Source: an uncultured Gammaproteobacteria bacterium | Lineage (GTDB): Bacteria; Pseudomonadota; Gammaproteobacteria; UBA9214 | Length of the DNA stretch: 64,000 nt | Direction of reading: 5' to 3' | Assembly (NCBI GenBank): GCA_963748215.1 | Contig: CAVVHS010000006.1 | Location: 480,001 to 544,000, forward strand | Shown here: one piece after another, positions 9,129 through 18,206 of the stretch | Layout: the number at the start of each line of letters is the position of its first letter | Numbering within the stretch: position 1 is the first letter of the stretch | The notes under the pieces: generated by a model | Seen by the model: only the letters and a program-made list of their open reading frames with translations | What the model was told of the DNA's origin: nothing | Databases searched by the model: none | Position numbers and translations under genes: made by a program

Positions 9129-9449
9129 ATGCATGATGGATATGTGGTAGTTGGCAGGCTCGACGAGATCAGGCCGGGTGCGACGAAACGTGTCGTGGCG
9201 AACGGAACGCCTGTCCTGCTCGCCAATGTCGGCGGCATGGTCTATGCCGTTGACGATCGGTGCACGCACGAGGATTCCTCGCTGTCGCTGGGCTGCCTCA
9301 AGGGTGAGCTGGTCAGCTGTACCCTGCATGGCAGCCGTTTCAGCGTGATCACCGGCGAGCCGCAGGAAGAGCCGGCCACCGAGGCCTTGCGTACCTGGGC
9401 GGTCCGTATCGAGAGCGATCGCATCCTGGTGCAGGCAGGCACGCGATGA
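9129..9449 (+). CDS. Rieske [2Fe-2S] ferredoxin
   Basis: CTH...CTLHGSRF motif. Confidence 0.92.
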   Translation: MHDGYVVVGRLDEIRPGATKRVVANGTPVLLANVGGMVYAVDDRCTHEDSSLSLGCLKGELVSCTLHGSRFSVITGEPQEEPATEALRTWAVRIESDRILVQAGTR

Positions 9450-10195
9450 CGGCCTGGGTCGATGGCAGGGTCGTCAGGCTGCGCCGCTGGACGGAAGAAC
9501 TGTATTCGATCCAGATGACGGCGGAGATCCCGCCGTTCAGGGCCGGCCAGTTCACACGGCTTGCGCTCGAGATCGACGGCGAGATGGTGGCGCGTCCCTA
9601 CTCGTTCGTGAACGGACCGGACAACCCGTTGCTGGAATTCTATTTCATTCGTGTGCCTGGCGGCCCGCTGACCGCCCGCCTGATCGAGCTCGAGCCCGGT
9701 GATCCGCTGTTCATCGCACCACGCAGCGCAGGCTTTTTCGTGCTGGATGAAGTGCCGGCGGCGGATGTGCTCTGGATGCTGTCGACAGGGACGGCAATCG
9801 GGCCGTTTCTCTCTATTCTGACTACCGCGCAGGCCTGGCACCGGTTCCATCATATCGTGCTCGTGCACGCGGTACGCTTCGTGTCGGAGCTGACCTACCG
9901 TGACGAGATCGATGAGCTGCTGGCCGCCCATCCGCAACAGCTGCAGTACATTCCGTTCGTCAGCCGGGAGCCGCTGGATATCGCACTGCCCGGGCGGGTC
10001 ACCGCCTCGATAGAGAACGGCACGCTCGAGGCGCGTGCCGGGCGGAAACTGGCTGCAGACGTTTCGCAGGTCATGATCTGCGGTAACCCGGACATGGTCA
10101 CAGATACCCAGCAGGCGCTGGAGGCGCGCGGGATGCAAAAGAACCGCCGCCGCGAACCCGGCCATATCACCACCGAGCAGTACTGGAAAACCTAG
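9446..10195 (+). CDS. fpr: ferredoxin--NADP+ reductase
   Basis: AGQFT, RPYSFVN, TGTAIGPF, MICGNPDM, C-terminal EQYW. Confidence 0.93.
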   Translation: MTAWVDGRVVRLRRWTEELYSIQMTAEIPPFRAGQFTRLALEIDGEMVARPYSFVNGPDNPLLEFYFIRVPGGPLTARLIELEPGDPLFIAPRSAGFFVLDEVPAADVLWMLSTGTAIGPFLSILTTAQAWHRFHHIVLVHAVRFVSELTYRDEIDELLAAHPQQLQYIPFVSREPLDIALPGRVTASIENGTLEARAGRKLAADVSQVMICGNPDMVTDTQQALEARGMQKNRRREPGHITTEQYWKT

Positions 10196-10279
10196 ATTGC
10201 CCGGAATGTCCGTGTTATTCAAGTCCGGATATACCGGGCATGGCTACGCAGGTACGATCAAAGGATAAACAGATTAATA

Positions 10280-10484
10280 GCCACGGAATCCACGGAAGAA
10301 CACGGAAAGATTTCCAGCATCCTGATCCCAGGTCGCCCCCACTTATTTTGATGGCTTTTTCTGTGTTCCCAGGCTAGACGAACAAATCTGAGTGACCAGG
10401 CGAGCGCAGGATGCAGAAAATTCGCACTAGCCTTGCCTGCTCATTATTTTTTATTTTTCCGTGTTCTTCCGTGGATTCCGTGGC
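10280..10484. mobile_element. MITE-like element with perfect 29-bp terminal inverted repeats
   Basis: GCCACGGAATCCACGGAAGAACACGGAAA (10280-10308) and its exact reverse complement (10456-10484); non-coding interior; lies between convergent genes. Confidence 0.75.
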
Positions 10485-10507
10485 CGTTATCATGGTAGGT
10501 ATGCTGG

Positions 10508-11638
10508 TCAGATAAACAGCGTCAGCACCCCGGTGTAGCCGTACAGGCGATTGTGCGAGATCTCGCCGTTGGCGAAAAAACCGACCAGCGGAAAATCACC
10601 GAGCGTATCGCGTATCATGCTCAACTCCGCGGAGTCCTCGCCGAACTGGTGCCGGCCGCGCCCAAGGCAGCTGAAATACAACCCGCCGCGGATGTTACCC
10701 CGCGCGCGCTTGCCCAGATCGTCCAGCATGCGCTGCATGTCCTGGCGTGCTGCGACGCCGTCGCGACGGCAGAACATCAGCTGTGCGTCTTCCTCCAGGT
10801 TGTCGCCGACGGCCAGCAGTTTTTCCTGCGGATCAATGCCGATCAGGTTGCGCACCAGGTAGTCACCGGTGTCTGACCCGGGGACCGGCAGGCCGGCAAA
10901 GATATAACCGGCGACACGCGACATGTCCCTGGCCATCACTTCGCCGATATCTTCCTTGAAGACATCGAGCGCCGGCCGGTGGTCGAGCTCGGCAAGCAGG
11001 TTGCCCTGGCATTTGGTAATCACGTGCTTGTTTTGCAATGGCGTGCAACCCTGGGTCAGGCTGCTGATCACCGGTATATCCGATGCCAGCAGCACGCCGG
11101 ACAGGCCGCCCTGCTGAATGCTGCCGGCCACTTGGAGCAGCGACTGATCGGAATCGGCCGACGATAGTCCCCCTACCAGAAAACCCGGATCGAGCTGGGT
11201 CGAAAGCGAGTCGATGACCTGTGCGATATGCCGGTCGCGCGGATCGCCATGCATCACGCCGAAATGCACGTTGCATTTGTCGAGCCAGGCGCGATCACCG
11301 GCCAGCATATCCGTGAGCGCGCTGATGCCCGCGGGTACCAGTCGGTAGCTGTCCGGCGGCAGATCGGTGAGCATAACGGCGGCAGCCGGTTCGTCATAGA
11401 TCTCGCGTCCCGTACAGCAGATCGCGCTGCCAACGCTGCCGACCCAGTCCTGCACGCCGGTGGCATCACGCAGTGCGTCCAGCACGCCGTTCAGGTAAGG
11501 TGCGAGCGGGTCGGTGAGGTACAGGAACCCCAGGGTAGCGCTATCCGGCGTTGCACCAAGGGTAGCGATCGTGGCCGATATCACCGACTGCCAGTCGGTT
11601 CCGGTGCCGCAAGCCATGCTGAATGAGTTGCCGTTCAT
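10508..11638 (-). CDS. FIST N/C domain protein
   Basis: LTQGCTP, LDHRPALDV, DYLVRNLIGID, YFSCLGRG, LVGFFANGEI...LYGYTGVL. Confidence 0.9.
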   Translation of the reverse strand: MNGNSFSMACGTGTDWQSVISATIATLGATPDSATLGFLYLTDPLAPYLNGVLDALRDATGVQDWVGSVGSAICCTGREIYDEPAAAVMLTDLPPDSYRLVPAGISALTDMLAGDRAWLDKCNVHFGVMHGDPRDRHIAQVIDSLSTQLDPGFLVGGLSSADSDQSLLQVAGSIQQGGLSGVLLASDIPVISSLTQGCTPLQNKHVITKCQGNLLAELDHRPALDVFKEDIGEVMARDMSRVAGYIFAGLPVPGSDTGDYLVRNLIGIDPQEKLLAVGDNLEEDAQLMFCRRDGVAARQDMQRMLDDLGKRARGNIRGGLYFSCLGRGRHQFGEDSAELSMIRDTLGDFPLVGFFANGEISHNRLYGYTGVLTLFI

Positions 11639-11915
11639 GCAGCCATTGTACTAGATGCAATCGACGACTCACGAAGAATATTTGCAGGAAGTCCAGTGGC
11701 CGTGTGACCGTCACAATCGCTGGCGGCACGCGCCATGAACGGATCCTGCCCGAGACCCCCGGAAATGATCCCCGGGTCTGCTGTGGCTGGATGTTTTCGA
11801 CTGCCGTTTCCGTCGATTTGTCGACAGTTGATTCCTGTTTGGGATAACATCAGGGACATCCATAAGACCATTCCTTGACTGCCGGCAGGTGTGGACGGCA
11901 GGTTGCCCGTGCCCG

Positions 11916-14540
11916 ATGACCCGAACCAACCTGATAATCGCCGCGGTGATCGCCGCCATCTCCATCAGCCTCTGGGCACTGGTGAACCGTCCTGAACAGG
12001 AACCGGCCTGGCCGGCGGTGATACAGGGGTTTTCATTCTCGCCCATGCGCCTGCATCACGATCCCCTGAAGCAGATCAATCCCACGGTCGAGGAAATCGA
12101 TGCCGATCTTGCCCTGCTGGCCGGCAAGACCAATGCCGTGCGAACCTATACGCTGGAAGGTGCGCTTGCCGAGGTGCCGGCGCTGGCGCGCAAGCACGGA
12201 CTCAACGTGGCGCTGGGTGCCTGGGTGGATGGCCGACGTGAAAAGAACCTGCTGGAAGTCGAGGAACTGGTCCGGGTTGCCGACAAGAACAGACGTAACG
12301 TGGTACGGGTCGTGGTAGGCAACGAAGCCCTGCTGCGCAACGATGTGTCGATCGATGAACTGATCGGCTACCTCGATTATGTACGCACAGAACTGCAGTT
12401 GCCCGTGAGTACCGCGGAGCCCTGGCACATCTGGCTCAAGTACCCGGAGCTGGTCGAGCATGTCGACTACATCGCGGTGCACATGTTGCCCTACTGGGAA
12501 AACATACCGCTCGACATGGCGGTTGATTACGTCGTGACACGAATCGACGAGCTGAAGTCCGCCTACCCCGGCAAGCCAATCGTGATCTCGGAAGTGGGCT
12601 GGCCAAGCAACGGCCGAACTCGCGGCGCTGCCGTTGCCTCGGAGGCGAACGAGGCCACCTTCCTGCGCCGCTTCCTGAAGGTGGCCGCGGAGGAAAACTA
12701 CATCTACTACATTATGGAGGCCTTCGACCAGCCGTGGAAGGCACAGGTCGAGGGTGCGGTCGGCGCCTACTGGGGGGTGTACGACGTACTGCGACAGCCC
12801 AAGTTCACATTCACGGAGGCCATCGTTGACATTCCGGAGTGGCGGCTGCTTGCCGGCATTTCCGTGGTGATTGCCCTGATTACCTTTACCCTGTTGCTCA
12901 CAGATGCGATTTCACTGAGTTCCCGGGGCCGCGGTTTCCTGGCTGTCGTTGCCTACGTGCTGGCGACGGCCGCGGTGCTGATCGTCTATCGCTACCTGCA
13001 GCGATACCTTTCCGTGAGCGCCATCGTGGTCGGCGTGCTGATGCTGATCGGCATGATCGGTGTGATTATCGTGGTGCTGGTCGAGGCGCACGAATGGGCC
13101 GAAGCGCTGTGGGCCAGCGGGCGGCGACGCCTGTTCATCCCGTTGCCGGCGAACGATGTGGACCTGCCAATGGTGTCTATTCACGTGCCGGCGCACAATG
13201 AGCCGCCGGCCATGCTGATCGAGACGCTGAACGCCCTGGCGCAGCTGGATTATCCACGCTTCGAAGTCATCGTCATCGACAACAATACCAAGGATCCCGC
13301 CGTCTGGCAGCCGGTCGAGGACCATTGCCGTACCCTCGGCGAGCGCTTTCGCTTCTTCCACGTGGACCCCCTGGCCGGGTACAAGTCAGGCGCACTCAAC
13401 TTTGCCCTCAGGCACACGTCGCCCGAGGCCGGAGTGATTGGCGTGATCGACAGCGACTACGTGGTCGCGCCGAACTGGTTGTGCGACCTGGTACCGCAAT
13501 TCGGACAGGACGAAATAGCCATTGTGCAGGCGCCGCAGGATTACCGCGATGCCGGCGACAATGCCTTCAAGGCCATGTCCTATGCCGAGTACCGCGGTTT
13601 TTTCTATATCGGCATGATCACGCGCAACGACCGCAATGCCATCATCCAGCATGGCACCATGACGCTGGTGCGGCGCACGGCCCTTGAGGAAGTCGGTGGC
13701 TGGAGCGAATGGTGTATCACGGAGGATGCCGAACTGGGGCTGCTGATCCTGCGCCAGGGTCACGAGGCGATGTACATTCCGCGAAGTTATGGCAAGGGCC
13801 TGATGCCGGATACCTTTACCGGCTATCGCAACCAGCGCTTTCGCTGGGCCTATGGCTCGATGCAGATCATGCGCCGCCACGCAGGCGAACTGTTCGGCCT
13901 GGTAAAGAGCCGGCTTACTTCGGGTCAGCGCTATCACTTCATCGCCGGCTGGCTGCCATGGATTGCGGACGGTGTGAACCTGCTGTTCAATTTTGCGGCG
14001 CTGTTCTGGTCGTTCGCCATGGTATACGAGCCGCTTTCACTCGATCCGCCGCTGATCATCTTCGCCGTCCTGCCGCTGGTGCTGTTCTGCTTCAAGATGG
14101 CCAAGGTTTTCTATCTTTACCGTGGGGTACGCATCGTCGGCACTCTGCGCCAGACGCTGGCGGCTGCACTTGCCGGCCTGTCCCTGTCGCACACCATCGC
14201 TCGTGCGATCTGGCTGGGACTGTTTACGCGCTCCATACCCTTCATACGTACGCCGAAACTGGAACAGACCAGTGCATTCTGGCGCGCACTGTTATCGGCG
14301 CGCGAGGAAACACTGTTTGCCGTTGCCCTGTGGACGGCAGCTGCCGCAATCGGCTGGAAAAGCGGGGTAGGCATGCTCGACCTGCTGCTCTGGATCATCG
14401 TGCTGCTGGTGCAGTCGGTGCCCTACTTCGCCAGCCTGCTGGTGTCGGTAATCAGCGCTTTCCCGCGCCTGCCGGCGCGGCTGATGTGCGGCGGGGCATG
14501 TGACGAACATACCGCGGAGGTAGTTGATACCAGGTCCTGA
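11916..14540 (+). CDS. ndvB: GH17-like domain + GT2 glycosyltransferase fusion (NdvB-like cyclic beta-glucan synthase)
   Basis: VGNEALLR, SEVGWPS, EAFDQPWK (GH17); GYKSGALN, IDSDY, ITEDAELG, QRFRWAYG (GT2 D,D,D,QxxRW). Start trimmed to MTRTNL. Confidence 0.85.
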   Translation: MTRTNLIIAAVIAAISISLWALVNRPEQEPAWPAVIQGFSFSPMRLHHDPLKQINPTVEEIDADLALLAGKTNAVRTYTLEGALAEVPALARKHGLNVALGAWVDGRREKNLLEVEELVRVADKNRRNVVRVVVGNEALLRNDVSIDELIGYLDYVRTELQLPVSTAEPWHIWLKYPELVEHVDYIAVHMLPYWENIPLDMAVDYVVTRIDELKSAYPGKPIVISEVGWPSNGRTRGAAVASEANEATFLRRFLKVAAEENYIYYIMEAFDQPWKAQVEGAVGAYWGVYDVLRQPKFTFTEAIVDIPEWRLLAGISVVIALITFTLLLTDAISLSSRGRGFLAVVAYVLATAAVLIVYRYLQRYLSVSAIVVGVLMLIGMIGVIIVVLVEAHEWAEALWASGRRRLFIPLPANDVDLPMVSIHVPAHNEPPAMLIETLNALAQLDYPRFEVIVIDNNTKDPAVWQPVEDHCRTLGERFRFFHVDPLAGYKSGALNFALRHTSPEAGVIGVIDSDYVVAPNWLCDLVPQFGQDEIAIVQAPQDYRDAGDNAFKAMSYAEYRGFFYIGMITRNDRNAIIQHGTMTLVRRTALEEVGGWSEWCITEDAELGLLILRQGHEAMYIPRSYGKGLMPDTFTGYRNQRFRWAYGSMQIMRRHAGELFGLVKSRLTSGQRYHFIAGWLPWIADGVNLLFNFAALFWSFAMVYEPLSLDPPLIIFAVLPLVLFCFKMAKVFYLYRGVRIVGTLRQTLAAALAGLSLSHTIARAIWLGLFTRSIPFIRTPKLEQTSAFWRALLSAREETLFAVALWTAAAAIGWKSGVGMLDLLLWIIVLLVQSVPYFASLLVSVISAFPRLPARLMCGGACDEHTAEVVDTRS

Positions 14541-14550
14541 GGCGATGCTC

Positions 14551-15267
14551 TCAGAATTTGACGAACACGCCTGCATAGGGGCCACTGAACTCGATGTCAG
14601 CGCTGTATGAGTCGAAATCCTCAAGGCCGAGTTTCAGATGCCGGTAGCCGAGATCGGCGCCGGCATTCCAGGGCGTGGTGTAGCTGGCTTGCAGCGTCAC
14701 ATCGTACAGGCGATTACCCTGGTAGCCGATAAAAGATCCGTTGGCGCCAAGTGACAGGCCGTTCAGTGGCAGGTCGACACCGAGGCCGGTATACAGCAGT
14801 GGTATCCAGCCCGTCACATCCGCGGTTTCCATACCTCCGCTGACGCTGCCAGGCACCCTGCTGCTTTCGATGTATCTTGCATTCAGGCCGATGTCGATGC
14901 TGGCACTGGTATCGAGGATGCTGTAGTAGAAAATGACGTCGCTTTGCCGGTATTGCACGCTGCTGTCGACATCCCCGCCAACGGTGAAGCTGCTGCCGCC
15001 GGAAACAAAAGTACGCGACAACCTACCGCGTGCATTCTCGTCGATACTGTGCTTGCTGACCATGGCGTGCGGCAGAAGTGGCAGCGAATGCACCAGCCGC
15101 AGGTAGTGGTTGCCGGAATTGAAGCTGCCGTACCCCTGATCGGGGTGCAGCTCGATGCTACTGGTAGCGTCATCGACGGGATCGCGCGCCAGGCCATTGG
15201 CATCCTCCGCGCTGGTCACGTCCGGCAGCAGCAATATGGCGATTATCGTTACCAGATTCACGCGCAC
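14551..15267 (-). CDS. outer-membrane beta-barrel protein (TIGR04219-like)
   Basis: Signal peptide, HSLPLLP, DVIFYYSILD, LGYR, C-terminal FSGPYAGVFVKF. Confidence 0.7.
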   Translation of the reverse strand: MRVNLVTIIAILLLPDVTSAEDANGLARDPVDDATSSIELHPDQGYGSFNSGNHYLRLVHSLPLLPHAMVSKHSIDENARGRLSRTFVSGGSSFTVGGDVDSSVQYRQSDVIFYYSILDTSASIDIGLNARYIESSRVPGSVSGGMETADVTGWIPLLYTGLGVDLPLNGLSLGANGSFIGYQGNRLYDVTLQASYTTPWNAGADLGYRHLKLGLEDFDSYSADIEFSGPYAGVFVKF

Positions 15268-15439
15268 TTCGTGTCTCCCTCAAGCTGACTGCTTGCGACA
15301 CTAGCACGACCTGTCAGGCAATAACCGGACGTGGTTCACGCCCGGGCACGGTAGCGGTTGCGGCTGTCAGGATGCTTGCCCGTGTCGTAAATTTGCTACA
15401 CTGGGCATATGTCTGTCTATCTGCAGAAGGAGTCCAGCC

Positions 15440-15931
15440 ATGCACAAACGTATTCTGATCGCCCTGCTCGCCTTGCCGTTGCTGTTCGCGGGCCCGGAAA
15501 AATCCCATGCTGTCGACGGGGATGACCTGGCCAGGGTTGTCTACCATGCCGATTTCGCCGATCCCCGACGCTTCAGCGCCATGCTGACGAGCATCAACAA
15601 CATGGTCACGTATTACCAGAACGACCTGATCGAATACGATGTGCGCATCGTGTTCGTTGCCCACGGTATCCGTTTCCTGACTGATGAGAAGCTTGCCGAT
15701 ACACCGTTTGCGGCTGACGCGGCACTGGAGGAACGGCGTGACAACATCAAGGGCCGCCTCGTATCACTGAACAGTGTGCAGGGGGTAAAGCTGGAGCTGT
15801 GCGACATCACCCGCAGCGGCATACGTCTGCCTGCTGACAAGTTGTACAAAAACGTGGTGCCGGTTCCCTCCGGTGTGGTGCGTATTGCCGAACTGCAACA
15901 CGAAGGTTTCGCCTATATCAAGATCGAGTGA
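15440..15931 (+). CDS. exported DsrE-family protein
   Basis: Signal peptide; VVYH, VFVAHGI, GVKLELC, VPSGVVRIAELQHEGFAYIK. Confidence 0.85.
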   Translation: MHKRILIALLALPLLFAGPEKSHAVDGDDLARVVYHADFADPRRFSAMLTSINNMVTYYQNDLIEYDVRIVFVAHGIRFLTDEKLADTPFAADAALEERRDNIKGRLVSLNSVQGVKLELCDITRSGIRLPADKLYKNVVPVPSGVVRIAELQHEGFAYIKIE

Positions 15932-15971
15932 GTATCAGGTCGCCCCTGCACAGCCTGGCGGCGAATTGCCT

Positions 15972-17000
15972 TCACTCGGGATGCGAGAATCGTGCAGCGA
16001 AACGCCAGGATTCCTCCGCTGCGTTGACCAGCGTGGTGTCGGGCCCCAGCAGTTTCCGGCGCAGGCGCGGCGCCTGCACTCCCGGCCAACCATGGCCGCT
16101 GCCGCTCAGGCGCAGGTGTTCCACTGCACCGCCGGCCTGGCAGCCGGTATACACGAGACGCGTCACCGTTTGCCCGGCATCAGGACCTCTGCCCTCGCTG
16201 GCCGCCTGCGTCAGCGGTTGCGGCTGGCAACCATTGAATTGCGCCCAGCGTGCCAGACCCTGGCTGACCGGCTGGTGCTCGACGCGGTGATTGGTACCCG
16301 GGAAGTTCGGTCCCGTTCCGCCGTCGTACAGCGCACGCGGATCGTCCACGCTGTGGATGTGCAACACGGCGACCGGCCGTGCCGGGCTGAAGTGTGCCAG
16401 GTCCATGGCACCGCCAACCGGGATGATGGCACTGACACGCCCGGCCTGTTCGCTGGCGAAGCGGTAGGACATCATGGCGCCGTTCGAATGACCGGTCACA
16501 TAGATACGTGCCTGGTCGATGGATGTGCGTGTTGCCAGGTCGTCAAGTACGGCGAGCAGAAATCCGCTGTCGTCCACGCCATGCCCGCGGGCCCAGCCGC
16601 AGCAGTGATCGCCGGCGTTCCAGGTCAGCAGGCGCCCCTTGAGGGGGCCGGTGCCGTCGGGATAGACCGCCAGAAACCGTTCCCGGTCTGCCACCGGATC
16701 GAGTGCATTTTCACGCTGGAATTGCCGGCCGCTGCCGCCACCGCCGTGCAGGGCCAGCATGACCGGCAGCGGCTGGCCGCGACGGTGCGGCGGGACATGC
16801 ACATGATAGCGGCGCTGCAGCTCACCTTGCTGCAACGTGATGGTGTGATCGCCCGCTGTCAGCGGTTGCGTAACCTCCCCTGACAGGCCGCTGCCATGGC
16901 CGGCCGCCATACAGCCGGTTAGGCAGAACAGGCAGAAGCACAGCGCAATACCCGGGTTACGGCTCCGGGCGGCAATGCGGTCGTTCTTGACCGATGGCAC
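15972..17000 (-). CDS. PHB depolymerase/LpqC-family esterase (likely exported)
   Basis: LALHGGGG, VYPDG, WNAGDHCCG, DDSGFL, GHSNGAMM, GHGWPG. Confidence 0.88.
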   Translation of the reverse strand: MPSVKNDRIAARSRNPGIALCFCLFCLTGCMAAGHGSGLSGEVTQPLTAGDHTITLQQGELQRRYHVHVPPHRRGQPLPVMLALHGGGGSGRQFQRENALDPVADRERFLAVYPDGTGPLKGRLLTWNAGDHCCGWARGHGVDDSGFLLAVLDDLATRTSIDQARIYVTGHSNGAMMSYRFASEQAGRVSAIIPVGGAMDLAHFSPARPVAVLHIHSVDDPRALYDGGTGPNFPGTNHRVEHQPVSQGLARWAQFNGCQPQPLTQAASEGRGPDAGQTVTRLVYTGCQAGGAVEHLRLSGSGHGWPGVQAPRLRRKLLGPDTTLVNAAEESWRFAARFSHPE

Positions 17001-17003
17001 GGC

Positions 17004-17411
17004 TTACTCGGCGTTAAAACCGAACCCCCGGTCGTGCACGTACACCAGCTTGCAGTCTTCCAGGTACTTTGCGTCATGGATCCTGCCGGCCCTGATATAG
17101 CCCGTGTCACCCTGTGCGAGCACCAGCGGCTCGCCATCAGCGACCAGGGAGTCACTCTTGCGGATGAAGAACTGGACGGCCATCCTGCCCTCCACCACCA
17201 CGGTCATGTCGTCGCCCGGATGCGAATGTGGCGGTTCCGCACTGCCGGCATCCCAGCGCTCCAGCATGACTTCCACGCCGTCCGGATTGCCGGGGTGCGT
17301 GGTCCTGACCGTGAAGCCGGCCGGGGTATCGGGCACATTGACATGGTTTTTCCAGATGGCGCTGGTTTCCGAGGTGACGGTCGTGCCCTTGCCCATGTTG
17401 TCCCGGGACAT
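17004..17411 (-). CDS. cupin domain protein
   Basis: PPHSHPGDD...VVEG...IHDA cupin motifs. Confidence 0.8.
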   Translation of the reverse strand: MSRDNMGKGTTVTSETSAIWKNHVNVPDTPAGFTVRTTHPGNPDGVEVMLERWDAGSAEPPHSHPGDDMTVVVEGRMAVQFFIRKSDSLVADGEPLVLAQGDTGYIRAGRIHDAKYLEDCKLVYVHDRGFGFNAE

Positions 17412-17570
17412 GTTGATCTCCTGTGGTTTTAAATTAAGGTGCTGAAGCTAATCCGATTTTTACGATAGCGCAAGCAGCACGGCTGCCAAGCTGTTAATCT
17501 CCTGTTAAGTTTCCACACGTACACTAGCTGATTACGCTGTTACGGGATTGGCCTCCGGGGCCGGGGCCGC

Positions 17571-18203
17571 ATGGAACACTGGACTGAATACACCCGCTTC
17601 ACGACCGCCTTGCTGGTCATTCTCGACCCCTTTATCGCTATCCCGTTGTTCCTCACGCTGACCCAGGGACAGGATAACCGCCAGCGCATGCGCATCGCCT
17701 TCATCACCAGTGTCAGCGTGGGGGCGGTGCTGATTGCTGCGGCGCTATTCGGCGACAGCCTGCTCGCCTTCATGGGCACCAGCCTGGCTTCGTTTCGCGT
17801 GGGCGGCGGCATTGTACTGCTGCTGATGGCGCTGGCCATGTTGCGCGCCGAGTCTGACAACTTGCGCACCACGTATACCGAGAAGAAGACCGCCGAGGAA
17901 TTGTCCAGTATTGCGGTCGTGCCGCTGGCGATACCGATGCTGGCCGGCCCCGGCGCCATCAGTACCGTGATTATCCAGATGCAGCGTTCCGCCCTGCCCC
18001 TGCACCCGTTCGTGGTTATCGGTTGTATCCTGCTGGTCTGTGTGGTGCTGTGGTTGGTCCTGAGCCTGGCGATGCAGATCGGCACCAGGCTGGGGCGGAT
18101 CGGCATGAGCATCATCGACCGCCTGTTCGGGTTGCTGCTGGCGGCGATATCGATAGAGATCATCGCCAACGGCCTGCGCGGGCTGTTTCCGGTTCTGGGG
18201 TAG
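17571..18203 (+). CDS. MarC family membrane protein
   Basis: DPF, SFRVGGGIVL, VVPLAIPMLAGPGAIS, RLFGLLLAA. Confidence 0.93.
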   Translation: MEHWTEYTRFTTALLVILDPFIAIPLFLTLTQGQDNRQRMRIAFITSVSVGAVLIAAALFGDSLLAFMGTSLASFRVGGGIVLLLMALAMLRAESDNLRTTYTEKKTAEELSSIAVVPLAIPMLAGPGAISTVIIQMQRSALPLHPFVVIGCILLVCVVLWLVLSLAMQIGTRLGRIGMSIIDRLFGLLLAAISIEIIANGLRGLFPVLG

Positions 18204-18206
18204 GAA

